Positions 9,094 to 19,488 of a DNA stretch of 64,000 nt are shown here, one piece after another; positions within the stretch are counted from its first letter, which is position 1; every line of letters starts with the position of its first letter. The stretch covers positions 1,024,001-1,088,000 of the forward strand of contig CBDBOV010000006.1 of the NCBI GenBank assembly GCA_965208575.1. The letters run 5' to 3'. The position numbers were made by a program, and so were the translations under genes. The notes beneath the pieces are model-generated. The model made no database searches. It was not told the DNA's origin and saw only the letters and a list, made by a program, of their open reading frames with translations. The DNA is from Spirochaetia bacterium. Lineage in GTDB: Bacteria > Spirochaetota > Spirochaetia > SZUA-6 > Bin103.

Positions 9094-9484
9094 GGCTGGA
9101 TTGCTCCCTGCATCAAGTGTATAGTGAGGACCCATTGATGCACAGCGATGCTACATGAGTGTAGAGCTTGGCATCCGCCGTGGCAAGGAATCTGGGCGGT
9201 GTCCACCGATGGCCGCTGACCTGATCGCCCACGGCGGCGGCTACCCCGCCACTGCACCGGCCGCCTCGTCTGTCGCCGACGAGTGTTCTGACCGCCACCG
9301 AGCCGTCGTGCCAAGCGGCGCAAGCCCGACGCCCAACCTCATGCCTGAGGAAACGGCTTGAGAGCGTCGCGGGAAGGCATCGCCGTATGACAATACCAGC
9401 CCAATGGCCGGACAGCGAGCCTCTGAGCAGGCCGATCGTCTGCTCTGGACCCGCGCTCCTGGCGGGACTACCCTGCAATTGACG

Positions 9485-10783
9485 ATGCGAGCCACGACCA
9501 CGGGAGAGCGTGCAGGTCCGACGGACGGTGCCCGGCACGCCGCGAGCCGCCGCCGGTTTTGTTTCATTGCGGGAGCATTACTCCTGTTGGCCAGCGCCGG
9601 GTGCGCAGGACCCGTGTCCGGTTCATCCGACCGTGTGGACGAGATCACCCGCCTGCCGCGCGCCTTGACTGCGGCGGAGGTCGAGATCATCGGGGCAAAC
9701 AACCGCTTTGCCTTCGACCTGCTCGACCAGGCCAATCGCCGGAACGACAATCTCCTCATTTCGCCGCTGTCGGCGTCCATGGCGCTCGGCATGACCATGA
9801 ACGGAGCCTCCGGGGACACCTGGAGCCAGATGCGGGAGATGCTGGGGTTCCCGAGCCTCGCAGAGGAAGAGATCAACGCCTCCTACCAGTCCCTGCTCGA
9901 GCTCCTCGTCGGACTCGATCCCACCGTGGAGACCGCGATCGCGAACTCCGTGTGGACTCGGCAGGGCTTTCCGGTGCATTCCGCCTTCCTGGACACCGTG
10001 CGCGAGAGCTTCCACGCCGAGGCGGTGGAGCTCGACTTCGCGAGTCCCGCGGCGTCCGAGCGGATCAACGAGTGGGTCAAGGCCGCCACGCGCGGTCGAA
10101 TCGAGGACATCGTTCCCGCCAGGATCCCCGCCGCCGTGGTCATGTACCTGATCAACGCGATCTCCTTCAAGGGACCCTGGACCCTCCGGTTCGATCCTTC
10201 CGACACGCGACCCGAGCCCTTCCACCTGGACGACGGGTCCACTCGGACGGTGCCGCTCATGACCCTCCAGGGAGAGCTCTCCTATCAGGAGACCAGCCGG
10301 TTCCAGGCCGTGGACCTGCCGTACGGGGGACGCGCTTTTTCGATGACCGTGCTCCTACCGCAGTACGGCGTGAGCGTGGACGACCTCGCCACATCACTCG
10401 GCGCAGCGGAATGGAAGGAGATTTCCGACAGCTTCCGCGCCGCCGAGATGCGACTCTTCCTGCCGCGCTTTCGGATGGCCTACGAACGGACGCTGAATGA
10501 CGATCTGGCAGCCTTGGGCATGGTCGACGCATTCGATCACCGGGCGGACTTCACAAGACTCTCGCCGGTCGACGGCCTGTTGATCTCCGAGGTGAAGCAG
10601 AAGTCCTGGGTGAACGTCAACGAGGAGGGCACCGAGGCGGCCGCCGCAACCGTGGTCGAGGTGCGTGAGACGTCCGCTGGTCCCGTCTTCCGCGCCGACC
10701 GCCCGTTCCTCTTTCTCATCCGCGAGCGCCTCTCGGGCACCATCCTCTTCGTCGGCAAGCTCGCGAGCCCTCCGAAGGGCTGA
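9485..10783 (+). CDS. Serpin (serine protease inhibitor) family lipoprotein
   Basis: NLLISPLS, YLINAISFKGPW, hinge VNEEGTEAAAAT, FRADRPFLFLIRE, ILFVG; SRRRF...LASAGC signal and lipobox. Confidence 0.95.
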   Translation: MRATTTGERAGPTDGARHAASRRRFCFIAGALLLLASAGCAGPVSGSSDRVDEITRLPRALTAAEVEIIGANNRFAFDLLDQANRRNDNLLISPLSASMALGMTMNGASGDTWSQMREMLGFPSLAEEEINASYQSLLELLVGLDPTVETAIANSVWTRQGFPVHSAFLDTVRESFHAEAVELDFASPAASERINEWVKAATRGRIEDIVPARIPAAVVMYLINAISFKGPWTLRFDPSDTRPEPFHLDDGSTRTVPLMTLQGELSYQETSRFQAVDLPYGGRAFSMTVLLPQYGVSVDDLATSLGAAEWKEISDSFRAAEMRLFLPRFRMAYERTLNDDLAALGMVDAFDHRADFTRLSPVDGLLISEVKQKSWVNVNEEGTEAAAATVVEVRETSAGPVFRADRPFLFLIRERLSGTILFVGKLASPPKG

Positions 10784-10805
10784 CAGCGCCGTCTAGCAAG
10801 TCAAC

Positions 10806-12284
10806 TCAGAATTTGCGGGACCAGTCGGCGGGCCAGCGCTCTACCACCACCTTGGTCTGGGTGAAAAACTCCACCGCATGCTTGCCCTGGCCATGCAGCA
10901 CGCCGAAGAAGCTGCTGCGCCAGCCGGAGAACGGGAAGTAGGCCATCGGGGCGGCGACGCCGATGTTGATGCCGATGTTGCCCACGTCGGCGGCGTAGCG
11001 GAACTGGCGCGCGGCGCGCCCGTCGGTCGTGAACAGGCAGGCCATGTTGCCGTAGCGGCCCGAGTTGACCAGCGCGATGGCGTCCTCCACGGTGTCCACC
11101 TGCATCAGCCCGAACACCGGCCCGAATATCTCGGTGGTGGCCACGGTGCTGCCGGGCGGCACGTCGGCGAGCAGCGTGGGGCGCACGAACGAGCCGCCTT
11201 CCAGGCCCGGGACGGTGGCGCCGCGCCCGTCCACCACGACGCGGGCGCCCTCCTGCGCGCCGACCCCGATCAGGTGCTCGATGCGCTGTTTGCTGGCCTG
11301 GCTGATCACCGGCCCCATCTCCACCGACTCGTCCAGGCCGTCGCCGACCACGCGGTCGGCGGCCACCGCCGCCAGCGCCTCGGTGAAGGCATCGCCCGCA
11401 TCGCCCACGGTGATCGCCATGGAGGCGGCGAGGCAGCGCTGGCCGGCGTTGCCGTAGCAGGAGTCGACGGTGATCTGGGTGGCCATGTCGATCTCGGCGT
11501 CGGGCAGCACGACGATCGGGTTCTTGGCGCCGCCCTGCGCCTGCACCCGCTTGCCGGCGGCGGAGGCGCGCGCGTAGACGTGCTCGGCCACGGCGGTGGA
11601 GCCGACGAAGCTGACCGCGTGCACGCCGGGGTGGTCGAGCAGCGCGTTGACCGTGTCGGCGCCGCCGTTGACCACGTTGAACACGCCCGGCGGCAGGCCC
11701 GCCTCCTCCACCAGCCGGGTGACCACCTGCATGGTGATCGGCGTGCGGTCGGCGGGCTTGACGATCACCACGTTGCCGCAGGCCAGCGCGTACGGAAAGA
11801 ACCAGAACGGGATCATGGCCGGGAAGTTGAACGGGCACACGATCGCGCACACCCCCACCGGCTGGCGGATCATCAACTCGTCGATGCCGCGCGAGACATC
11901 CTCCAGTACGTCGCCCTGCATCATGGTGGGGATGCCGCACGCCACCTCGACGTTCTCGATGGCGCGCACCAGCTCGCCCAGCGACTCCGACAGGATCTTG
12001 CCGTTCTCGATGGTGATGGCGCGCCCGATCTCCTGCGTCTCGCGCTCCAGCAGCGCCTTCAGCTTGAACAGGTACTGGATGCGCTCGCCGGGCGGCGTGC
12101 CGCGCCACTCCGGAAAGGCCGCGGCGGCCGCCGCAACGGCGCGGTCCACCTCGGCGCCGGACGACTGCGGCGTGTGTCCTATCGTCTCCCCGGTGGCCGG
12201 ATTCACCACCGCCACGGTCTCGGCCCCGGCAGGCGCGCCCCACGCCCCGCCAACAAAGTTCCTGATCTCATACAAACTAGCCAT
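10806..12284 (-). CDS. mmsA: CoA-acylating methylmalonate-semialdehyde dehydrogenase
   Basis: [45 protein letters not shown]. Confidence 0.92.
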   Translation of the reverse strand: MASLYEIRNFVGGAWGAPAGAETVAVVNPATGETIGHTPQSSGAEVDRAVAAAAAAFPEWRGTPPGERIQYLFKLKALLERETQEIGRAITIENGKILSESLGELVRAIENVEVACGIPTMMQGDVLEDVSRGIDELMIRQPVGVCAIVCPFNFPAMIPFWFFPYALACGNVVIVKPADRTPITMQVVTRLVEEAGLPPGVFNVVNGGADTVNALLDHPGVHAVSFVGSTAVAEHVYARASAAGKRVQAQGGAKNPIVVLPDAEIDMATQITVDSCYGNAGQRCLAASMAITVGDAGDAFTEALAAVAADRVVGDGLDESVEMGPVISQASKQRIEHLIGVGAQEGARVVVDGRGATVPGLEGGSFVRPTLLADVPPGSTVATTEIFGPVFGLMQVDTVEDAIALVNSGRYGNMACLFTTDGRAARQFRYAADVGNIGINIGVAAPMAYFPFSGWRSSFFGVLHGQGKHAVEFFTQTKVVVERWPADWSRKF

Positions 12285-12452
12285 GGCTGACAAGTATATC
12301 ACACCCCAAGGGGTCTGAGTACGAGAGCCGTTAGCATGATCGGCACACATGCAAGACGTGCCCTCATCATCCTACCTGCTTCGCAGATCCTGTCTCTCGG
12401 ATCCCAACTTCACCCAGTGCCCGGATTTCATGAAGTGGAAGCTCCATCTTCT

Positions 12453-13865
12453 TCACCGCCAGTCGGAGGGTTCCAAGAGCTCGATCCGCTTGACGGATTC
12501 TATGAAACCGACTTCGGAGAACGGGCCAAGCCACCCAGAATAGTGGTTTACCGTCTGAATCACCCGCGCCGCGTAACTCACTTCCGGATCCTGTTTCGCA
12601 TCCGCTGAATCCACTTCTGGCGCCAAGCCGCGATAGTGTTCCAATAGGGGCGTGCTTTCCGAACTCCAGTGCACCCGACGCCCTTGACTTGAAATCTCTA
12701 CTGCTGCCATCACCACAAGGGCCTCGAATAGTCGTACACCGGAGGAAGCACGGCCCTCCTTCTGCGCCTTCGAGATCCCATAGTGCTCGAATGTTGCCTC
12801 GGTCAATTCAAGATCGGTCACCATCCCATTCACGAATCTTCGATAGATGTTATCGTCCGCCGTCCGAAGGATCACCGCAACCCCCGTAGTCAAGGAAGAG
12901 AGCGGCGTACTATTCGATGACGCTGCAACTAAACCGATCCGGTAGATCATTTGTCCGATCTGCCTCAGACTAACACGGGGAGAGACAAAGAACACCTCTA
13001 GAAGGTCGCAGATATCGCCGGTGACTTTGGCGGTGTTAAACATAGTACGTATAAACGGTTTTCTGTCAGGATCAGGAAGCCGGAAGTCGATGTCGAAGAA
13101 CCGGCGTAGATAGCCGGAGGCATCAAAGTCGTTCCCGTACAAGGCCCTTATCGAATGACTCAGTTGATCGCGATTCACCGCAAGTACGAACACCGTGTGA
13201 TCTACCGCGAACAGATGCTTCGCAACCTCGATCAACTCGACAGCGTACGACGGCCGGCAACGATCCAATTCGTCCACCATCACCACGAGTGGATGGCTAT
13301 CCGGCCTAGTGACCAGTAAGTTCGCCATCTCCTCGAGTCTATTCCTGAATCCCTCGATCGAGTTCTGGGTCTCTGTGTATTGCTTCAATCTGTCCTCGGC
13401 ATAGGACGAAAGGATTTTTCCTGCTTCTTTCTCGATCAACGGCTCGACATCGAGTACGCCGGCGGTAAAGAGCCTGATCACGCCGGGTATGGCTCGAAGA
13501 GCGACTTGCTTCGCAGCCTCCGCCGTGATTCTGATCTTTGCGTCGAGCGACTCGTCTTCGAATCGACGAAGGCCTTCGGTCAGCTCTGTAACGATGGCTA
13601 CAAAGGGGTCGCCGGCGTGATCGGTCTCCCATGCGTTGAACTCGACCACGGGGAATCGTTCGTTGCGCAGGCGCTGAGCCCACATCTTCAGGAACGTCGT
13701 CTTGCCGGCGCCCCATGCGGCGTCTACTGCTAGTACGCAGGGACCCTCGATGCCGTCGATGAGTTGCGTAAGGATCTTCGCAGGCTCACCTCTATTGAGG
13801 AGATCGTTCCTGAAGGGGTCATCCTGGGGTATCTCGATTTCTTCCGGCCTAATTCGTATTCCCAT
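12453..13865 (-). CDS. KAP-family P-loop NTPase (no obvious TM helices)
   Basis: DPFRNDLLNR, WGAGKTT, FNAW, VDELDRCRP, YLRRFFD; lower GC. Confidence 0.9.
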   Translation of the reverse strand: MGIRIRPEEIEIPQDDPFRNDLLNRGEPAKILTQLIDGIEGPCVLAVDAAWGAGKTTFLKMWAQRLRNERFPVVEFNAWETDHAGDPFVAIVTELTEGLRRFEDESLDAKIRITAEAAKQVALRAIPGVIRLFTAGVLDVEPLIEKEAGKILSSYAEDRLKQYTETQNSIEGFRNRLEEMANLLVTRPDSHPLVVMVDELDRCRPSYAVELIEVAKHLFAVDHTVFVLAVNRDQLSHSIRALYGNDFDASGYLRRFFDIDFRLPDPDRKPFIRTMFNTAKVTGDICDLLEVFFVSPRVSLRQIGQMIYRIGLVAASSNSTPLSSLTTGVAVILRTADDNIYRRFVNGMVTDLELTEATFEHYGISKAQKEGRASSGVRLFEALVVMAAVEISSQGRRVHWSSESTPLLEHYRGLAPEVDSADAKQDPEVSYAARVIQTVNHYSGWLGPFSEVGFIESVKRIELLEPSDWR

Positions 13866-13877
13866 TCACTCTGAACC

Positions 13878-14636
13878 TCAAGAGGGCTGCGGCGGGGTAT
13901 CGGTCTCGGGGGAGGCTGACGTGCGGAGCGGTAGCAGTGCGCTGCGGAAATCCTGGTCGAAGCGGGATGCCTCGGCACACTGCGCGCACACGCTTGGCCA
14001 CGCCGCGGTGATCTCACCCTGCCTTGCGCGGTAGTCGCTGGCGCGCTTTGCAAAGCGACGTGCGAGAGGTAGGGCGCGGAGTTGGCGCTGCGGATCGGGG
14101 TGACACTCCCAGTTGCCGCGCAGCATCACCGGGTTGTCCGGCCACACTGCGGCGATGACCCAGGCCTCGGTGCTCTTGGACGGCGTGCACAGGACAAGCT
14201 GCGGGACGCTGCGACGCAGGCCAAGCCACTGCAGGACCACCGTACGGAGCGCGTCAGTCGTGTGATCCGCGGGTGGACAGTCCTGTTCACAAGGAAGGTC
14301 TTGGTGTGGAGGATGCCGGATGCCCGCGCTGGAGTAGCTGTTGCCGGCCACATCGGCATCGACATGGACGATCACCAGGTCATGATTGGACAGTACCGAG
14401 GATCCCGATACCGAGCCACCTCCCTCGGTCGCTGACTGACGCGCCCAGCGATAGACCCCGCCCCAACCCACTCCCGTCCTGCCGAACGGCGCAGAGCCAA
14501 ATGCGGCGGAGCCCTCAGGTTGCAGGGTCTGGAACTCAAACTCCGTGTTCTCCAATAGGTGGTCGATGACCGCGCGAAGCAGGATCGCGTCAGTAGGACC
14601 CTCGACGGCGGCGGCGACCCGGAGCGGTTCAGACAT
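13878..14636 (-). CDS. TOPRIM-like (DUF4276/RloB-like) putative nuclease
   Basis: N-terminal VEGPTD plus HVDAD (DxD), STEAWV; overlaps the ATPase stop. Confidence 0.7.
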   Translation of the reverse strand: MSEPLRVAAAVEGPTDAILLRAVIDHLLENTEFEFQTLQPEGSAAFGSAPFGRTGVGWGGVYRWARQSATEGGGSVSGSSVLSNHDLVIVHVDADVAGNSYSSAGIRHPPHQDLPCEQDCPPADHTTDALRTVVLQWLGLRRSVPQLVLCTPSKSTEAWVIAAVWPDNPVMLRGNWECHPDPQRQLRALPLARRFAKRASDYRARQGEITAAWPSVCAQCAEASRFDQDFRSALLPLRTSASPETDTPPQPS

Positions 14637-15819
14637 CCGGGACGCCGCCGAGATGGCCCATCACCCACAACCGGGACAACGACCAGCCCTGCTCGGCCTT
14701 CTCCCGAAGGCTGGCGTCGACCTCCACCCGCCGGACGGAAGTACGCCCCGAGTTTGTCCGGGAAACCGTGAATAGCCGAACCCGATCATCCTGTAGGGGC
14801 AATCCGTCCAGGACGAGCGGGTTGTGCGTGGTCAACAATATTTGACGAGGAGGACTTGCATCCAGATACCATCCGCAGAAATGCTCGATCAGTGACCGGG
14901 CCAATCTGGGGTTCATGCCATGGTCGGCGTTGTCTACCGCGCACAGACGAGGACTCCGAGCATGACCAGAAACGACACCGAGAAACAGCGCGTACAAGGC
15001 ACCCTCCGACGCATCATAGCCGGACAGGACGTTGCGCTTCTCGCGCATGAAACGATCGCGAAATCTAATCACACTCTCGGATGCTGCCGCAGCAGGTGAC
15101 AATGGCAATTGCCCGGCGGAAGTAGCACCAAAGGAGGATGCCCAATCAACAAGTCCAAGTACCTCCCGACAGACCCTCTTGCTGTGTTCGCTCCGCGGAC
15201 GCTGCTTGAGCAGGTCCAGAATAGCTCGCGGAAGATTGCCGCCGGACAGTCCCAGCGGCTCTCTTGGCTGCGTCTCGGGAGCAACGCCACGCAAGACTGG
15301 TGTCGTTGGCGTAAATATGACGTAATTCTGCAGCAATTCCAGAAAATCAAGCGCGTCGCCGCCCGTGACATCGACTGCCTTCAGGGCCGCCACTCCCCGC
15401 TCCGGATTTGACCCTGATGCTGTCGCCGGGGATCGTCCAACCAAGCGCCGAGCACCATCTTCCCAGGACTCTGTCTTGAATCGCCAGGCAAGCTTCGGCT
15501 CCTCGAGCGGATTATGTAGTGAGACCTCGTATCTTGCCAGCGTGCCGCTCCCGCCAAAGTACAGGTGAGACGGGATCTTCTTGCCCGGCCTTGCCGGGAA
15601 GGCTGACTTGTAGAGTTGGGGAACGCCCGGCCGCACTCCGCGGAAGAGGAGATTCTGGTCGTCAACCCTACCAGCCGCCGCAGCGGAGAGCACTCCCACG
15701 GCCTCCAGCAAGTTGCTCTTCCCGCTACCATTGGCACCGATGAAAACGTTGACCCATCCGAGCCCCACGGTCACGTCCTCCAGAGACTTGAATGTTCTGA
15801 CAGAGAAGCTCTCAATCAT
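14629..15819 (-). CDS. AAA_21/ABC-type ATPase (defence-associated)
   Basis: FKSLED, IGANGSGKSNLLEA, signature SEG, Walker B variant AVDNADHGMNP, LTTHNP. Confidence 0.88.
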   Translation of the reverse strand: MIESFSVRTFKSLEDVTVGLGWVNVFIGANGSGKSNLLEAVGVLSAAAAGRVDDQNLLFRGVRPGVPQLYKSAFPARPGKKIPSHLYFGGSGTLARYEVSLHNPLEEPKLAWRFKTESWEDGARRLVGRSPATASGSNPERGVAALKAVDVTGGDALDFLELLQNYVIFTPTTPVLRGVAPETQPREPLGLSGGNLPRAILDLLKQRPRSEHSKRVCREVLGLVDWASSFGATSAGQLPLSPAAAASESVIRFRDRFMREKRNVLSGYDASEGALYALFLGVVSGHARSPRLCAVDNADHGMNPRLARSLIEHFCGWYLDASPPRQILLTTHNPLVLDGLPLQDDRVRLFTVSRTNSGRTSVRRVEVDASLREKAEQGWSLSRLWVMGHLGGVPDV

Positions 15820-16004
15820 GCGGCTTGTTGGTTCCCTAGTGTGGAGATGCACCGTAGCGGCGGGCCGCTACGGGGTCAAGTCGACGGCGCATCGAGCGGA
15901 TCGAATGCGGTAAAGCGAGGCAGGCGCTCCAGCTTGGCGCGGAGGTCGTCCCTTCCGGGACGTCCGCGGCGCAACTGAGCGGGGAGCAGCGGCAACCGTC
16001 CTCG

Positions 16005-17111
16005 TCACCGATCCACGCGGCAGATTGCCAGGTACTCGACGACGCGGCGGCGGACGGCCTGGCCGGCGCCGTTGCCGAACACCGCGTAGTCGCTGCTCGC
16101 GATGGTGGTCGGGCCGCGGGCCTGCAGCGTCTCCTTGAGATCATCGACCGACATCAGGCCTTCGTTGCTGTAGCTCACCACGATGAGCCGGGCGCGGATC
16201 CGCTCGACCAGGTGCGCGAACACCGCCCGTGCGGTGCGGCGGCGCGAGTAGTCGCTCTTCAGCGCATCGCGCTCGAATTTCCTCGTCTTGCCGTGCAGCG
16301 GCGGCTTGGTCCACCGCGCGATGTTCTCCAGCACGTGGTAGCAATCGACGTACTGGCGGTCGTTGTAGGGCGGGTCCAGGTAGGCCACGTCGGCCTCGTG
16401 GTCGCCGGCAACCTCGTTCACGTCCGCCCTGAGCACGGTGGCGCCGGCGGCGAATCGCAGCACCGGCATGCGCAGGCGCAGCGGTGCGTACACGTTCGAG
16501 TCCACCAGGTGGCGGCCATTCTCGTCGTAGGTGCGCGATCCCAGGTTCTTGAGGTAGGCGTCGTACTGGCCGACGGTGTTGGCCACCTTGTCGACGGCCA
16601 GCAGCAGGCTGGCGATCAGGACGTGCTGCTCCTGCCCGGTGCAGTCCCGGTCCCTCATGCGGAGCGCTATCTGGTCGCGAATCGCATCGATGCGGCCGGC
16701 GTTGTCATGCGTGAAGTAGCGCCCGCCGTAGTGCTCGGCGGCGTAGCCGTGCGCCGATTCCAGTTGATTCAGTTCGCGCAGCGCATCGGCAACGTACGCG
16801 ATCCTCACGTTGGCTTCGCTGGAGGTGAAGAAGGCGCGGTTGATCGAGTAGTTGCTCGCCAGGTTGTCAACCAGGGTGAGCCGGCTCGTGTAGGAGCGCA
16901 TGCGGTCGGCCACCACGCCGGTGCCGGCGAACCCGTCGAAGAACGACCCCACCTCGCCCGCGGCCGCCACGATCTCCCGCTCTATGAAATCGAGCAGCCG
17001 TACCTTGGAGCCGAGGTACTTGCGGTTGTGCAGGGTGACGGCGCCGAACTCGTCGAATGGCCGGCTCAGCGGCGAGTCGGCCTCGGCGGTGAACAGTCCC
17101 AACTGAGGCAC
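16005..17111 (-). CDS. D12-class (FokI/NlaIII-like) DNA N6-adenine methyltransferase
   Basis: YLGSK, FDGFAGTGVV (motif I), ANTVGQYDAY, YLDPPYN (motif IV), VSYSNEG. Confidence 0.92.
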   Translation of the reverse strand: MPQLGLFTAEADSPLSRPFDEFGAVTLHNRKYLGSKVRLLDFIEREIVAAAGEVGSFFDGFAGTGVVADRMRSYTSRLTLVDNLASNYSINRAFFTSSEANVRIAYVADALRELNQLESAHGYAAEHYGGRYFTHDNAGRIDAIRDQIALRMRDRDCTGQEQHVLIASLLLAVDKVANTVGQYDAYLKNLGSRTYDENGRHLVDSNVYAPLRLRMPVLRFAAGATVLRADVNEVAGDHEADVAYLDPPYNDRQYVDCYHVLENIARWTKPPLHGKTRKFERDALKSDYSRRRTARAVFAHLVERIRARLIVVSYSNEGLMSVDDLKETLQARGPTTIASSDYAVFGNGAGQAVRRRVVEYLAICRVDR

Positions 17112-17277
17112 CGCCTCACGGCTCCCGCGGCGGCGTCAAGAGGGGCCTGTGCACGCGATCGGAAGGAATCGATTCGCCGATCCTATCCGCGTTGAACGCG
17201 CCGTCCGCATACGCCTCGTGCACGAATTCGATCAGTCTCCGGCGTGACGCCACCTCCATGTTTACCTGGCTCGGGCC

Positions 17278-18621
17278 CTAAGCGGCGTCCAGCTTGGCGC
17301 GGATGGCGGCGTGGGCGGCGCGGTCTATGGGGTAGCGGGCGAGCACGAGGATGCCGACGATGAAGAACAGCGCGGGGATGGGGCCGATCAGCAGACGGAT
17401 GCCGTGCAGGGCGAGGGCGGTCTGGGCCACGTCGGGCACGTAGCCGGTCCACTGCAGCACGGCGCCGCTGACCGCGCCGGCGAGGCCCAGGCCCAGCTTC
17501 TGCAGGAAGGTCCACATGCCGTAGAACACGCCCTCGCGGCGCTGGCCGTTCTCCAGCTCGTCGTAGTCGACCACGTCGGGGATGATCGACCACGGCATCA
17601 CGTAGTTGGTGGCCAGGCCGACGCCGGCCAGCGCCATCAGCACGAACAGCACGGTCGCGTCGCGGTGCGCGAACAGGTAGGCGGCCAGCAACGCCGCGCC
17701 GAACAGCACCATGCCGGCGTTGTAGGCGGTGCGCTTGCCGATCCGCCCCGACAGCCACACCCAGCCGGGGATCGCCGCGAAGGCGGCCAGCAGCAGGGCC
17801 AGCGAGGCGAAGCTGGCCAGCTCGGGGCGCCCATACAGGTGCTCGAAGTAGAACGGCACCGCGCTGGTGGCCACCACGATGCCGGTCATGAACAGCGCCC
17901 ACGGGAACAGCGCCAGCCGGAACGGGCGCACCCTCAGCGCCGCCGCGTAACCGGCGAACACGCTGCCGGCCGGCGCCCGGTCGCGTGCCACCGGGCGCTC
18001 GCGCACCGAGGCGAAGGTGACCAGCACCACCGCCGCCGAGATCACCCCGAACAGCACGCCCGCGACCGTGTACCCCGCTCCCATGCCGGCGCCGGCCGCC
18101 ATGCCGACCACCACCGTGAACGCGCCCGCGCCGAGCAGGGTGCCGACGATCGCCCACGCCATCCGGTAGCCGTTCAGGTTGGTGCGCTCCTGGAAATCGC
18201 GCGCCAGCTCGGGGGTAAGCGCCGCGTAGGGGATGAACACCACCGTGTAAGCGGTGCTCACCAGGCAGAACGCGAGCACCACCCACGCGAACAGCGCGCC
18301 CTGGCCCCAGCCGCGCCCGCCCACCTCCAGGAACACCAGCGTCATGCCGGCCACCATCGCCAGCGAGCCGAACAGCAGGTAGGGCCGCCGCCGCCCCCAG
18401 CGCGAGACGGTGCGGTCGGACAGTGTGCCCATCAGCGGGTCGGTGACCGCGTCCCAGGCGCGCCCGAGCAGCAGCGCCAACCCGGCCAGCGACGCCGCCA
18501 GCCCGAGCGTGTCGGTGACGAAGTTGAGCAGCCAGAACCCCATGATGGTAAAGAACAGGTTGCCGCCCAGGTCCCCGACCCCATACCCCATCTTGGTCCG
18601 CAGCGAAAGCGATCCAGCCAT
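17278..18621 (-). CDS. MFS glycoside-pentoside-hexuronide (MelB-like) cation symporter
   Basis: DAVTDPLMG.LSDRT.SRWGRRRPY, PYAALTPEL, PDVVDYDE, RREG. Confidence 0.93.
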   Translation of the reverse strand: MAGSLSLRTKMGYGVGDLGGNLFFTIMGFWLLNFVTDTLGLAASLAGLALLLGRAWDAVTDPLMGTLSDRTVSRWGRRRPYLLFGSLAMVAGMTLVFLEVGGRGWGQGALFAWVVLAFCLVSTAYTVVFIPYAALTPELARDFQERTNLNGYRMAWAIVGTLLGAGAFTVVVGMAAGAGMGAGYTVAGVLFGVISAAVVLVTFASVRERPVARDRAPAGSVFAGYAAALRVRPFRLALFPWALFMTGIVVATSAVPFYFEHLYGRPELASFASLALLLAAFAAIPGWVWLSGRIGKRTAYNAGMVLFGAALLAAYLFAHRDATVLFVLMALAGVGLATNYVMPWSIIPDVVDYDELENGQRREGVFYGMWTFLQKLGLGLAGAVSGAVLQWTGYVPDVAQTALALHGIRLLIGPIPALFFIVGILVLARYPIDRAAHAAIRAKLDAA

Positions 18622-18676
18622 CGCCAGCCAGTATACGCCGAGTCACGACACCATGCACCCTGTTCGAATTGCAGGG

Positions 18677-18707
18677 TTGACCCAATCCTCATTAAGCGAT
18701 AACTTAA
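18677..18707 (+). promoter_or_regulatory. Sigma70-like promoter with overlapping operator for the TAC operon
   Basis: TTGACC-17-TAACTT with inverted repeat TTAAG-N6-CTTAA (18692-18707). Confidence 0.5.
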
Positions 18708-18755
18708 CAAGACACGGAGGAGTCACATGAAAACGACCTATCTTGAGGGTAGCAT

Positions 18756-19133
18756 TTGTCTTTCATATCTCTACGGTATAAATCAACTTACGACATTTGC
18801 GCCTACGCATCCAGGCGCGACAGGTGTCAGATCGTTACTTTCCTTGAGAGTCTAGGCGAACGCGATCGCAAGAAGGTGACTGCATTGCTGAGGTATGCGG
18901 CTCACCATGGGCCTCCGCGGAACCGCGAGAAGTGCCAGAAGATGGCAGGCGAGAACTTCTGGGAGTTCAAGGCCTCTCAGCTGCGTATCTTCTGGTGCTA
19001 CGATGCGGGGAGACGGAAGCGAATCGTCTTGTTACACGGCTTTACGAAGAAGACCGCGCACACACCGAAGAACCAACTGGAAGCGGGGCGTCGTGCGTAC
19101 CGCGAAGCACAACAAGAACTGACCACCACATGA
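18756..19133 (+). CDS. higB: RelE/HigB (Gp49-like) toxin
   Basis: FWEFK..QLRIF..Y...IVLLHGFTKKTAHTP; toxin-first gene order. Confidence 0.85.
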   Translation: MSFISLRYKSTYDICAYASRRDRCQIVTFLESLGERDRKKVTALLRYAAHHGPPRNREKCQKMAGENFWEFKASQLRIFWCYDAGRRKRIVLLHGFTKKTAHTPKNQLEAGRRAYREAQQELTTT

Positions 19134-19143
19134 GAGGAGAGAA

Positions 19144-19485
19144 ATGATCAAGGAGTGGAGTCGGCAGTTTGAGGGAGATCCCGAGTTCGAGTTCGACCTG
19201 CTGGCGATTGAAATCGGGGAGCGCATCGTCGAGAGAATGGAGCTGCTGAAGATGACTCGAACCGAGTTGGCTGCCAAGGTCGGAGTGAGCAAGGCACGCA
19301 TCAGCCAAGTCCTCAGCGGACATGACAATCTCACGTTGAAGAGCTTGGTAGCGGTCGCTATCGGTCTAGGGAGCCGTGTCGAGGTGCGATTGAAGAACAA
19401 GGAACAGTGGTTGCCCAAGAAAACTACCGTGGCGCACCCGTTGTTATCCTCGTCCTCACTTTCGGAACTCGCGGCCGCTGCTTGA
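19144..19485 (+). CDS. higA: HigA-like XRE HTH antitoxin with C-terminal extension
   Basis: TRTELAAKVGVSKARISQVLSGHDNLTLKSL; low-complexity tail ending SELAAAA. Confidence 0.85.
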   Translation: MIKEWSRQFEGDPEFEFDLLAIEIGERIVERMELLKMTRTELAAKVGVSKARISQVLSGHDNLTLKSLVAVAIGLGSRVEVRLKNKEQWLPKKTTVAHPLLSSSSLSELAAAA

Positions 19486-19488
19486 CAG

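Noticed and set aside
15866-15955. Possible C-terminal gene remnant DDLRAKLERLPRFTAFDPLDAPST* before the ATPase
   Set aside because: Too short to assign to a family by eye
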